Of a stretch of 32,000 bases of DNA, positions 17,110 to 25,450 are shown one piece after another. Position 1 is the first letter of the stretch, and each line of letters begins with the position of its first letter. The translations under genes and the position numbers were made by a program. The stretch covers positions 1,950,001 through 1,982,000 of the forward strand of contig NZ_CP034549.1 of NCBI RefSeq assembly GCF_003966335.1. The letters are read 5' to 3'. This DNA is from Nonlabens ponticola. Lineage in GTDB: Bacteria > Bacteroidota > Bacteroidia > Flavobacteriales > Flavobacteriaceae. The notes beneath the pieces are model-generated. The model had not been told where the DNA came from and searched no databases. It saw only the letters and a program-made list of their open reading frames with translations.

Positions 17110-18083
17110 TTAAGGCAGGAATTATAGGTGGTAGCGGTTTTACTGCTGGTGAACTCATAAGGTTGTTGACCCATCATCCAGCAGTAACGATTGATTTTGT
17201 CTTCACAACTTCAAAATCAGGACAATCTATAAGTGATGTCCATCAAGATCTTTATGGTATAATCGACTTAGCGTTTACCGATCAAGTGAACCTTAACGTA
17301 GATGTGGTTTTTCTATGTCTGGGCCATGGTAATAGTTCTAAATTTTTGGAGACACATCATTTCTCAAACCAGACTATTATAATTGATTTGAGCAACGATT
17401 TCAGGTTAGCGGCAGACTCAGTTTTTCAAGACAGAAAATTTGTTTATGGACTACCTGAATTAAATAGTGAAGAAATTGAGAATTCAAAGAATATTGCAAA
17501 TCCAGGTTGTTTTGCCACGGCAATACAGCAAGCGATATTACCACTGGCCGTAAATGAAATAATCAAAACAGATGTACATGTCAACGCTGTAACAGGTGCC
17601 ACCGGTGCTGGAGCGAGCTTGTCTGATACCACAAGTTTCGTTTGGCGCGACAATAACTTCAGTAACTATAAGGCTTTTAATCATCAGCATCTAGATGAAA
17701 TCTATCAATCTATAACTCAACTGCAATCTGCTTTTGAGCAGAAGGTTCATTTTATTCCTAATCGTGGTAATTTCTCCCGAGGGATTTTTGCCACGGTCTA
17801 TACTCAATATGATGGTACGTTAGAAGATGCGCAAGGGGTTTATAAGAAATATTATAAGCATGCAGTTTTCACGCATGTGAGCAACAAGCCTATACATTTA
17901 AAACAAGTTGTGAATACAAATAATTGCATTCTTCATTTAGAAAAACACGGCGACCAATTGCTGATTACCAGCGCGATCGATAATTTATTAAAAGGTGCGT
18001 CAGGTCAAGCTGTTCATAATATGAATCTCGTTTTTGGACTTGAGGAGAAACTAGGTCTTGACCTTAAAGCAAGCTATTTCTAA
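17106..18083 (+). CDS. argC: N-acyl-gamma-glutamyl-phosphate reductase
   Basis: 325-aa ORF. MIKAGIIGGSGFTAGELIRLL, active-site region NPGCFATA, C-terminal DNLLKGASGQAVHNMN. The start overlaps the argG stop (ATGA). Confidence 0.95.
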   Translation: MIKAGIIGGSGFTAGELIRLLTHHPAVTIDFVFTTSKSGQSISDVHQDLYGIIDLAFTDQVNLNVDVVFLCLGHGNSSKFLETHHFSNQTIIIDLSNDFRLAADSVFQDRKFVYGLPELNSEEIENSKNIANPGCFATAIQQAILPLAVNEIIKTDVHVNAVTGATGAGASLSDTTSFVWRDNNFSNYKAFNHQHLDEIYQSITQLQSAFEQKVHFIPNRGNFSRGIFATVYTQYDGTLEDAQGVYKKYYKHAVFTHVSNKPIHLKQVVNTNNCILHLEKHGDQLLITSAIDNLLKGASGQAVHNMNLVFGLEEKLGLDLKASYF

Positions 18084-19222
18084 TGGGACTTTTCAATGTA
18101 TATCCGTTATTTGACATCACGCCAGTTCGTGCGCAAGATGTCTATATCTATGATAAAGACGATAACGAGTACCTAGATCTTTATGGCGGTCATGCTGTAA
18201 TTTCCATAGGTCACTCGCATCCTACGTATGTAAAAAGACTTTCTGATCAACTCGACAAGATTGCTTTTTACAGTAATTCAATTCAAAATCCATTGCAGCA
18301 GCAAATGGCTGATAAGTTGGCACGCCTTTCTGGTTGCCATGATTATGATTTATTCTTATGTAATTCTGGAGCTGAGGCTAATGAAAATGCGCTTAAGGTC
18401 GCATCCTTTGCAACAGGCAAAAAGAAAGTGATTGCTTTTAACAACAGTTTTCATGGCCGGACCAGTGCGGCAGTTGCAGTTACTGATAACCCCAAAATTG
18501 TAGCGCCTATCAATGCACAGCAGGAAGTCATATTTTGTGAATTGGGTGATGTTAATGCCGTAGAAAAAGCGCTAGAAACAGGTGATGTTTGTTGCATTAT
18601 CATCGAGACGATTCAAGGCGTTGGTGGACTCGATGAGGCTACTACTAGCTTTTTTGATTTGATAGTTACGCTTTCGCGAAAGCATAATTGTCTCATCATC
18701 GCAGACGAGGTACAGTCTGGATTTGGTAGGACAGGAGATTTCTTTGCCTTTCAAAAACACAAATGGACACCTGACTTAATACCAATTGCCAAAGGAATGG
18801 GCAACGGATTTCCCGTTGGTGGTGTGTTGATTCATCATGATATCAAAGCAAGTTTTGGGATGCTGGGAACGACTTTTGGCGGCAATCATCTGGCTTGTAC
18901 TGCGGTAAACGCAGTGCTAGATGTGATAGAAAGCGAAAACCTAATGCAAAAAGCAAACGATACTTCTACTTACTTTCTTGACCAAATCAAAGAGATTAAA
19001 GAAATCAAACGAGTGAAGGGTCGTGGCTTGATGTTGGGATTAGAATTTGATTTCCCAATCGCAGAGCTACGTAAAGATTTGATTCTTAATCATAGGATTT
19101 TTACAGGGAATTCCAAAAACCCTAATCTAATACGCATATTACCGTCATTGACGGTACAACAACATCATTTAGATCATTTTGTAACAGCCTTGAAGAAAGC
19201 CTTAAAAACTAGAACCTCATGA
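18083..19222 (+). CDS. argD: acyl-ornithine aminotransferase (class III PLP aminotransferase)
   Basis: 379-aa ORF. ...LCNSGAEANENALK..., ...IADEVQSGFGRTG..., ...AKGMGNGFPVGG.... The TAATG overlap with argC suggests translational coupling. Confidence 0.9.
   Translation: MGLFNVYPLFDITPVRAQDVYIYDKDDNEYLDLYGGHAVISIGHSHPTYVKRLSDQLDKIAFYSNSIQNPLQQQMADKLARLSGCHDYDLFLCNSGAEANENALKVASFATGKKKVIAFNNSFHGRTSAAVAVTDNPKIVAPINAQQEVIFCELGDVNAVEKALETGDVCCIIIETIQGVGGLDEATTSFFDLIVTLSRKHNCLIIADEVQSGFGRTGDFFAFQKHKWTPDLIPIAKGMGNGFPVGGVLIHHDIKASFGMLGTTFGGNHLACTAVNAVLDVIESENLMQKANDTSTYFLDQIKEIKEIKRVKGRGLMLGLEFDFPIAELRKDLILNHRIFTGNSKNPNLIRILPSLTVQQHHLDHFVTALKKALKTRTS
18670..18683. repeat. iterated palindrome copy 5 (inside argD, reads LSRK; extended flanks GTTAC...ATAAT match the intergenic subfamily with one mismatch)
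   Basis: Exact 14-mer. The context GTTACGCTTTCGCGAAAGCATAATT encodes VTLSRKHN. Confidence 0.95.
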
Positions 19223-20157
19223 ATCATTATAGCGACTTAAAAGATCTTAAGGATTTTCAAGCGACCGTTGATCTGGCCTTAGAACTTAAAAACGATCCGT
19301 ATGCTTATGAAGACCTAGGCAAGCGCAAAACTATTGCGATGGTTTTCTTCAATAACAGTTTGCGCACAAGATTAAGTACAGAAAAAGCCGCACGCAACCT
19401 AGGAATGGATGTGATGGTACTTAATGTATCAAACTCATGGAATCTAGAATTTGAAGATGGCACCATCATGAATCTTGACACGGCAGAGCATATCAAAGAA
19501 GCCACACAGGTCATCGCTCAATATGCGGATATTATTGCGGTACGTGCCTTTGCTAATTTGAAAGACAAAATTGAAGACCAACAGGAAAAGATATTGAACG
19601 CCTTCATCAAGAACGCTGGTGTGCCGATAGTCAATATGGAAAGTGCGTTATCACATCCTTTGCAAGGATTGACCGATGCGATTACCATTAAAGAGCAAGA
19701 ATTGAAGAAAAGACCAAAGGTAGTCTTATCGTGGGCTCCGCATCCACGATCGTTGCCGCATGCGGTAGCAAATAGTTTTATCACCGCAATGAAAATGAGT
19801 GATGTCGATTTAGTAATAACAAATCCGCGCGGATATGACCTCGATCCAGAAATCACGGCCGGTACTGAAATCAACAATGACCAGATAGAAGCCTGTAAAA
19901 ATGCCGATATTATATATGTCAAGAATTGGAGCAGTTTTGACAGCTATGGTAAAGTCATACAGCAAGATATCGATTGGATGATGACTCAAGAAAAATTAGG
20001 CCATGCGAAATTCATGCATTGTCTACCGGTGAGGCGCAACGTGGTGGTAGAAGATGCTGTCATTGACAGTGATCAATCAGTAGTGATTGAGCAAGCTGGA
20101 AATAGGACGTTTGCGGCGCAGGCTGTTTTGAAGTTGCTGCTTAAAGACTTAAACTAA
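19219..20157 (+). CDS. argF: N-acyl-L-ornithine carbamoyltransferase (Bacteroides argF'-type; probably N-succinylornithine-specific)
   Basis: 312-aa ORF. FFNNSLRTRLSTEKAA (carbamoyl-phosphate motif variant of the AOTCase/SOTCase clade) and HCLPVRRN. Colinear with the Bacteroides fragilis ArgF' sequence as I remember it. Confidence 0.9.
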   Translation: MNHYSDLKDLKDFQATVDLALELKNDPYAYEDLGKRKTIAMVFFNNSLRTRLSTEKAARNLGMDVMVLNVSNSWNLEFEDGTIMNLDTAEHIKEATQVIAQYADIIAVRAFANLKDKIEDQQEKILNAFIKNAGVPIVNMESALSHPLQGLTDAITIKEQELKKRPKVVLSWAPHPRSLPHAVANSFITAMKMSDVDLVITNPRGYDLDPEITAGTEINNDQIEACKNADIIYVKNWSSFDSYGKVIQQDIDWMMTQEKLGHAKFMHCLPVRRNVVVEDAVIDSDQSVVIEQAGNRTFAAQAVLKLLLKDLN

Positions 20158-20212
20158 TACAACAGGTGCTATAATTTAAAATACTTAAAATTAAATAGTT
20201 AATTAAAAGAGA

Positions 20213-20731
20213 TTGAAGATATTTGAAACAGATCGATTGGAAGTGAGAAGGCTTAAACAATCTGATGAATTGTATTTCACAGAATTGTTGACGAGTGCCG
20301 TTATCTTGGAAAAAATTCCTGTAAAACCAGCTACAGCAGAAATCGTAAAGGATCGATTTGAAACCTTCCAAAAAATGGAATTATCAGATTTAGGTTCAAC
20401 AAAATGTTTTTGTGCGATTGTGGAGAAAGGAAAGGATGAAGCGATAGGACTTGCATTATTTCTTATTGAGAATAATGAACAGGAACTGGGTTATCGATTT
20501 AGACCAGATTATTGGAGAAAAGGATATGGCACCGAGGTCGCAAAAGGTATGCTGGACTACTATTTTAATGTGTTAAGAGTGTCTAAGGTTATTGCAAATG
20601 CAAACGTTGAAAATCCGGGTTCCATAAGGATCTTGAGCAAATTGATGAATTTTGAAAAGGAGTTTTTCAATGTTGAATTGAATTGCACAGATCGCAGTTA
20701 CTCAATAACAAAAACCGAATGGAGTGATTAA
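20213..20731 (+). CDS. GNAT family N-acetyltransferase (RimJ/RimL-like)
   Basis: 172-aa ORF with a TTG start. (M)KIFETDRLEVRRL... and ...ELGYRFRPDYWRKGYGTEVAKGMLDYYF... are typical of Acetyltransf_3-type GNATs. It sits between argF' and argB. Confidence 0.8.
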   Translation: MKIFETDRLEVRRLKQSDELYFTELLTSAVILEKIPVKPATAEIVKDRFETFQKMELSDLGSTKCFCAIVEKGKDEAIGLALFLIENNEQELGYRFRPDYWRKGYGTEVAKGMLDYYFNVLRVSKVIANANVENPGSIRILSKLMNFEKEFFNVELNCTDRSYSITKTEWSD

Positions 20732-20769
20732 TTCTAATTATCACGTCTCACGACTGACAAAATATCAAA

Positions 20770-21615
20770 ATGAACGATCTTAAAATTATAAAAATAGGAG
20801 GTAAGCTCATCGATGATGAGGCTATGTTGAATGCTTTTTTAAAAGACTTTGCAGAGATAAAAGAACCAAAAGTACTGATTCATGGCGGTGGTACTATTGC
20901 GTCTCAAATTTCCAACGAGCTAGGAATAACAGTAAAGCAGATTGATGGTCGCCGCATTACCGACGATGCGACGCTAGACATCATCACGATGGCCTATGCA
21001 GGCAAGATCAACAAGAATATTGTTGCCAGATTGCAAGCTTTGGATTGCAATGCGTTAGGACTTACAGGCGCCGATGGTAACAGCATAACCTCTAAAATAA
21101 GAGACAAAAGTCCTATTGATTTTGGCCATGTGGGTGATCCAGTAAAGGTCAATACGACTTTTATTCAAAGTCTGCTGGATCAAGAAATCACCTCAGTTTT
21201 TTGCGCTATTACACACGATGGTGCTGGTCAATTACTCAATACTAATGCAGATACCGTTGCGGCAGTTTTAAGTTCCGCTTTCGCGCTCCGCAATGAGCCT
21301 GCCGGAGAGCGTCGTCCTGAGTTTGTCGAAGGGCGCCGTCCTAAGCCTGTTGAAGAAAAAGCATACAGAACAAAGCTCTATTACTGCTTTGAAAAAGCTG
21401 GAGTATTGAGAAATATAAACGATGAATCAAGTTTGATTGAGCACATAAACTTCAAACAATACCAGCAATTAAAAAATGATGGAGTAATTGCAGATGGAAT
21501 GTTACCCAAATTGCAAAACAGTTTTGAAGCCCTTGAAAATGGTGTATCAAGCGTGCACATAGGGTTGCCATCTATGATAAACAGCAATATTAATCATACA
21601 ACCTTGAGTTTATGA
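20770..21615 (+). CDS. argB: acyl-glutamate kinase carrying an in-frame repeat insertion
   Basis: 281-aa ORF. IIKIGGKLIDDE, VLIHGGG, LNTNADT, GMLPKL. It is roughly 20-25 aa longer than the Bacteroidota ArgB proteins I remember. Confidence 0.9.
   Translation: MNDLKIIKIGGKLIDDEAMLNAFLKDFAEIKEPKVLIHGGGTIASQISNELGITVKQIDGRRITDDATLDIITMAYAGKINKNIVARLQALDCNALGLTGADGNSITSKIRDKSPIDFGHVGDPVKVNTTFIQSLLDQEITSVFCAITHDGAGQLLNTNADTVAAVLSSAFALRNEPAGERRPEFVEGRRPKPVEEKAYRTKLYYCFEKAGVLRNINDESSLIEHINFKQYQQLKNDGVIADGMLPKLQNSFEALENGVSSVHIGLPSMINSNINHTTLSL
21310..21357 (+). repeat. tandem 24-nt direct repeat inside argB (CGTCGTCCTGAGTTTGTCGAAGGG / CGCCGTCCTAAGCCTGTTGAAGAA, 17 of 24 identical)
   Basis: Aligned by hand. 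The units encode RRPEFVEG / RRPKPVEE in frame. Confidence 0.8.
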
Positions 21616-22670
21616 ATTTACTGACACAAGAAGCGATTGAATTGCTCAAGAGTTTGATACAGACACCATCATTTTCAGAGGAAGAAGATAAAACCGCAGA
21701 TTTAATTGCTGATTGGTTGATAAACCATCAGGTAGAAGTGAAGCGAGACAGAAACAACATATGGGCTACCAATAAGCATTTTGAAGAAGGTAAACCTACG
21801 CTATTGCTCAATTCGCACCACGATACCGTAAAACCCAACAAGGCCTACACTCGTGACCCATTTACAGCGACTGTAGAAAATGATAGGTTGTATGGCCTAG
21901 GAAGCAATGATGCAGGCGGTTGTCTAGTGAGCTTGCTGGCGACTTTTGTTCATTTTTATGACCACCAACATTTGAATTACAATCTCGTCATCGTCGCCAG
22001 CGCCGAAGAGGAAAATAGCGGCACCAATGGCTTATGCAGCATGTTGGATATCATTCCGCATATTGATGTGGCAGTCGTTGGAGAACCTACACAGATGCAT
22101 CTTGCGGTAGCAGAAAAAGGGTTGGTGGTCTTTGATGCCGTCGTTACAGGAACAGCAAGTCATGCGGCACATCCTAATGATGATAATGCGATTTACAATA
22201 CCATTCCTGTGTTAGAATGGTTTAAGAATTTCGCTTTCGCGAAAGCGTCACTTGTATTAGGTCCAGTAAAAATGACGGTCACACAAATCAATGCAGGCGT
22301 CCAGCACAACGCCATACCATCACAGGTAGAATTAGTGATCGATGTGCGCGTTAACGATGCTTACTCAAATCAGGAAATAGCCGATATCTTAACAGCAGAA
22401 TCACCGTGCGATAGCATCATACCACGTAGTCTGCGGTTAAATTCATCGAGCATTCCCTTGGATCATGATATTGTCAAGGCAGGCATTGCTTTAGGCAGAG
22501 AAACATACGGCTCACCAACGCTATCTGACCAGGCCGTGCTAACCTGTCCATCGGTAAAATTGGGACCAGGTTTAAGCCAGCGATCACACACTGCAGATGA
22601 GTTCATTTATGTAAGCGAGATCGTGGAAGGAATAGAGATTTATAGGGAGATATTAGAAAACATCTTGTAA
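21612..22670 (+). CDS. argE: M20 family metallohydrolase (ArgE-like acyl-ornithine/acyl-citrulline deacylase)
   Basis: 352-aa ORF. ...LLLNSHHDTVKP..., ...GSNDAGG..., ...SAEEENSG.... The start overlaps the argB stop (ATGA). Confidence 0.85.
   Translation: MNLLTQEAIELLKSLIQTPSFSEEEDKTADLIADWLINHQVEVKRDRNNIWATNKHFEEGKPTLLLNSHHDTVKPNKAYTRDPFTATVENDRLYGLGSNDAGGCLVSLLATFVHFYDHQHLNYNLVIVASAEEENSGTNGLCSMLDIIPHIDVAVVGEPTQMHLAVAEKGLVVFDAVVTGTASHAAHPNDDNAIYNTIPVLEWFKNFAFAKASLVLGPVKMTVTQINAGVQHNAIPSQVELVIDVRVNDAYSNQEIADILTAESPCDSIIPRSLRLNSSSIPLDHDIVKAGIALGRETYGSPTLSDQAVLTCPSVKLGPGLSQRSHTADEFIYVSEIVEGIEIYREILENIL
22232..22247. repeat. iterated palindrome copy 6 (core 22233..22246; 16-bp palindrome; inside argE, reads AFAKA)
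   Basis: Exact core, codon-aligned, encoding NFAFAKAS. Confidence 0.95.
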
Positions 22671-22944
22671 GTATTAAAGAAGAAAGATTAAAGACTTGAA
22701 GAATAGAGGATTAGAGGATTTGATGGAAAATAAGAGGGCTTTTTGAAATTGGCATTGGCAAGTCTGTCGTAAAAAATGAAGCTATCGTAGCGTTTAAAAG
22801 AAAATTTGTCGGTATGCAGTTAAGTGGTGATCAGTTTAAAACATATGATAGGAACGAAATGAATGTTCCAACGAAAGCGGTTTAATTTTCTTTAGCGCAG
22901 GAAGCGAAATTTTTAGACAGGTGTGCCACAGCCTAGACTTTTTG

Positions 22945-22973
22945 GTTACTTTTTCGGTAATGGAAAAAGTAAC
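22945..22973. other. perfect 10-bp stem hairpin GTTACTTTTT-cggtaatgg-AAAAAGTAAC in the argE-argH spacer
   Basis: Read directly. There is no T-run after it on the plus strand, so it is not a canonical terminator for argE. Confidence 0.5.
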
Positions 22974-23076
22974 AAACGAATAAATTGAATTAAATGCTTC
23001 GTCAAATAATTAATATGAAACGACAGAGCATTTCATCATATAACTCGAATTAAGGCAGTAAAGAATAAAAAACAAT

Positions 23077-24348
23077 ATGAAACTTTGGGATAAAGGACTT
23101 AAAATAGATGATCGCATAGAGCAATTCACGGTTGGGAACGATCGTGAAATTGATTTACATATTGCGGCTTATGATGTTCAAGCATCTGCTGCACATGCTA
23201 AAATGCTTAATAAAATCGGTATTCTGGATGCGACAGAGTTGGATCAATTGCTGCAAGGTCTTGAAAAGCTCAAAACACAAATCACCAATGGTGAGTTTGT
23301 TATTGAGGACACGTTTGAAGATGTACATTCTAAAATTGAGCACGAGCTTACCGTAATGTACGGCGACGTTGGTAAAAAAATCCACACGGCAAGATCACGT
23401 AACGATCAGGTGATTACTGCCTTGCAATTATTTTACAAGGAACAATTGCAAGACATTCAGTCCAAAACTCACGAACTTTTTGAAACACTACTGAACCTAT
23501 CCGATAAACACAAAGACCAATTATTACCAGGCTACACCCATCTACAAGTTGCAATGCCATCATCGTTCGGTTTATGGTTTTCTGCGTATGCAGAGTTATT
23601 GGTGGACGACAATTATTTGTTAGATGCAGCTTTAAAAACTGTGGATCAAAATCCACTAGGAAGTGCGGCTGGTTATGGTAGTTCATTCCCGATCGATAGA
23701 AGCGTGACGACCCAAGAAATGGGATTCGCCACCATGAAATACAACGTGGTTGCAGCACAAATGGCTCGCGGTAAAAGCGAGCGTACCATTAGTTATGCTT
23801 TGGGTAGTCTTGCCAACACACTTTCACGATTCTCGATGGACATATGCTTGTACTTGAGCCAAAATTTTGGTTTTGTGAGTTTTCCTGATGAATTGACGAC
23901 TGGCAGCAGCATCATGCCACACAAAAAGAATCCAGATGTCTTTGAATTAATTAGAGGTAAGTGTAATCGCATTCAGGCACTGCAAAGCGAGATGGTGTTG
24001 ATTACTAATAACTTGCCCAGCGGTTATCATCGCGATTACCAGCTACTCAAAGAGTCCATGATTAGAGCAATCATCGATATGCAGGATTGCCTCGCAATCA
24101 TGAACTACTCTATAAAACAAGTAATTGTAAAAGATATAGATCTCAACGATCCCAAATATCAATACCTGTTTACAGTAGATAGCATCAACAACCTAGTCGT
24201 TGATGGCGCTGCCTTTAGAGATGCATATAAAACCATTGGCGGTCAAGTCGAGGCAGGAACCTATCAACCAGATTATTCTAAAAAGCATAGCCATGAAGGC
24301 AGTATTCATAATCTCAATCTAGCAGAGATTAGAAATAAGTGGCAATAG
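23077..24348 (+). CDS. argH: argininosuccinate lyase
   Basis: 423-aa ORF. ...HTARSRNDQV..., ...GYTHLQVAMP..., ...GSSIMPHKKNPD... (fumarate-lyase signature). Confidence 0.95.
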   Translation: MKLWDKGLKIDDRIEQFTVGNDREIDLHIAAYDVQASAAHAKMLNKIGILDATELDQLLQGLEKLKTQITNGEFVIEDTFEDVHSKIEHELTVMYGDVGKKIHTARSRNDQVITALQLFYKEQLQDIQSKTHELFETLLNLSDKHKDQLLPGYTHLQVAMPSSFGLWFSAYAELLVDDNYLLDAALKTVDQNPLGSAAGYGSSFPIDRSVTTQEMGFATMKYNVVAAQMARGKSERTISYALGSLANTLSRFSMDICLYLSQNFGFVSFPDELTTGSSIMPHKKNPDVFELIRGKCNRIQALQSEMVLITNNLPSGYHRDYQLLKESMIRAIIDMQDCLAIMNYSIKQVIVKDIDLNDPKYQYLFTVDSINNLVVDGAAFRDAYKTIGGQVEAGTYQPDYSKKHSHEGSIHNLNLAEIRNKWQ

Positions 24349-24447
24349 ATTTTCAATCCAATACCATTGGGTACAACAATAATTCTGTGCTTTAATCTAT
24401 TGGCAAAATCGATTCTTGCAATAGTACATTACGGTCATAGAATGTTC

Positions 24448-24455
24448 TAGCTTTG
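24448..24455 (+). promoter_or_regulatory. candidate -7 promoter box TAGCTTTG
   Basis: Exact TAnnTTTG match 31 nt upstream of the ATG at 24486. Confidence 0.35.
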
Positions 24456-24485
24456 CCCGCTTAATTGGAATAAGTCCAGCCTACA

Positions 24486-25409
24486 ATGAGTATTTCTAAA
24501 AAAACATGGTTACTTATTATTGCATTTTTTTGCGTGTATGTTTTTTGGGGTAGTACGTTCCTATGGAACAAGATGGCCGTCAAGGAATTACCACCATTTT
24601 TCCTAGCTTCAATTCGTTTTACAAGCGCTGGTCTGTTGGTTTTTGCCATCTCTATTGCTACTAGAAAAAGCCTTGCCATTACACGTAAGCAGCTTCTCAA
24701 TTGTACGCTCGCTGGATTTCTATTTCTCGCCTACGGCAATGGTGTATTTGTCTGGGCGCTCAAATGGGTAGATACAGGCTTTGCTTCCTTGTTAGCTTCC
24801 TTACAACCGCTCATAATTTTACTCATGATGCGCGTGATACAACGCAAGAAACTACAATGGAAATCCATGGTAGGCGTGACGCTGGGTATTATTGGTATGT
24901 ACCTGCTGGTAAGCCAGAAAGATATAATCTCAAAGGAAGGAATGGTCATTGGGATCCTGATGATCCTAAGTTGCCTGATTGCCTGGTGTAGCGGTAGCCT
25001 GTTTGTTGCCAAAGCTGATTTACCAAAGAACTTTTTTGTCGCCACCGCTTACCAGATGATCGCAGCTGGAGTGATACTAGTCATTGCCAGCCTATGTTTT
25101 CAAGAACCGTGGAAATCACCGCTAGTCTGGCAGGACAACACACAAATCGCTATTATTTGTTTGATTTTATTTGGTAGCATTGCGGCCTTCACGTCATTCA
25201 ATTATTTGTTGAAACATGTCTCGCCAGAGAAGGTCACCACTTCCAGCTTTGTGAATCCTGTAATAGCTATTTTATTAGGTTGGTATTTCCTAGAGGAATC
25301 AATCAGTTTACAGACAGGTATTGCGGCTTTGTTATTGCTCACTGGTGTATATTTTATCAATAGCAGGAAGCGAGATAAGCCAGTGGTAGTGGCTAAGACA
25401 AAAGTTTGA
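24486..25409 (+). CDS. EamA family (DMT superfamily) transporter
   Basis: 307-aa ORF with about 10 TM helices. ...VYVFWGSTFLWNKMAV..., a duplicated EamA-like architecture. Confidence 0.85.
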   Translation: MSISKKTWLLIIAFFCVYVFWGSTFLWNKMAVKELPPFFLASIRFTSAGLLVFAISIATRKSLAITRKQLLNCTLAGFLFLAYGNGVFVWALKWVDTGFASLLASLQPLIILLMMRVIQRKKLQWKSMVGVTLGIIGMYLLVSQKDIISKEGMVIGILMILSCLIAWCSGSLFVAKADLPKNFFVATAYQMIAAGVILVIASLCFQEPWKSPLVWQDNTQIAIICLILFGSIAAFTSFNYLLKHVSPEKVTTSSFVNPVIAILLGWYFLEESISLQTGIAALLLLTGVYFINSRKRDKPVVVAKTKV

Positions 25410-25436
25410 CTCGTGCGATATGATTGTACTAAGTTA

Positions 25437-25450
25437 GCTTTCGCGAAAGC
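25437..25450. repeat. iterated palindrome copy 7 (intergenic, 28 nt after the EamA stop; context GTTA-GCTTTCGCGAAAGCGTAATT)
   Basis: Exact 14-mer. The flanks match copies 4 and 5 apart from a 1-nt deletion in the left arm. Confidence 0.95.

Noticed and set aside
20141-20371. 76-aa minus-strand ORF overlapping the argF'-GNAT junction
   Set aside because: It is antisense to the GNAT N-terminus and the AT-rich spacer. Its sequence is Cys/Phe-rich and low in complexity, with no support.
24461-24700. 79-aa minus-strand ORF at the 5' end of the EamA gene
   Set aside because: It is antisense to the first TM helices of the EamA transporter, so it is probably spurious.
14327-24991. Other shadow ORFs inside the kinase, arg and EamA genes. 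Opposite strand: 14327..14512, 14436..14813, 15677..15868, 15739..15921, 17444..17653, 18572..18760, 19305..19514, 19518..19922, 21381..21587, 23155..23385, 23414..23758 and 24731..25045. Same strand but alternative frame: 23132..23356 and 24701..24991
   Set aside because: All overlap genes with unambiguous enzyme or transporter motifs, on the opposite strand or in another frame.
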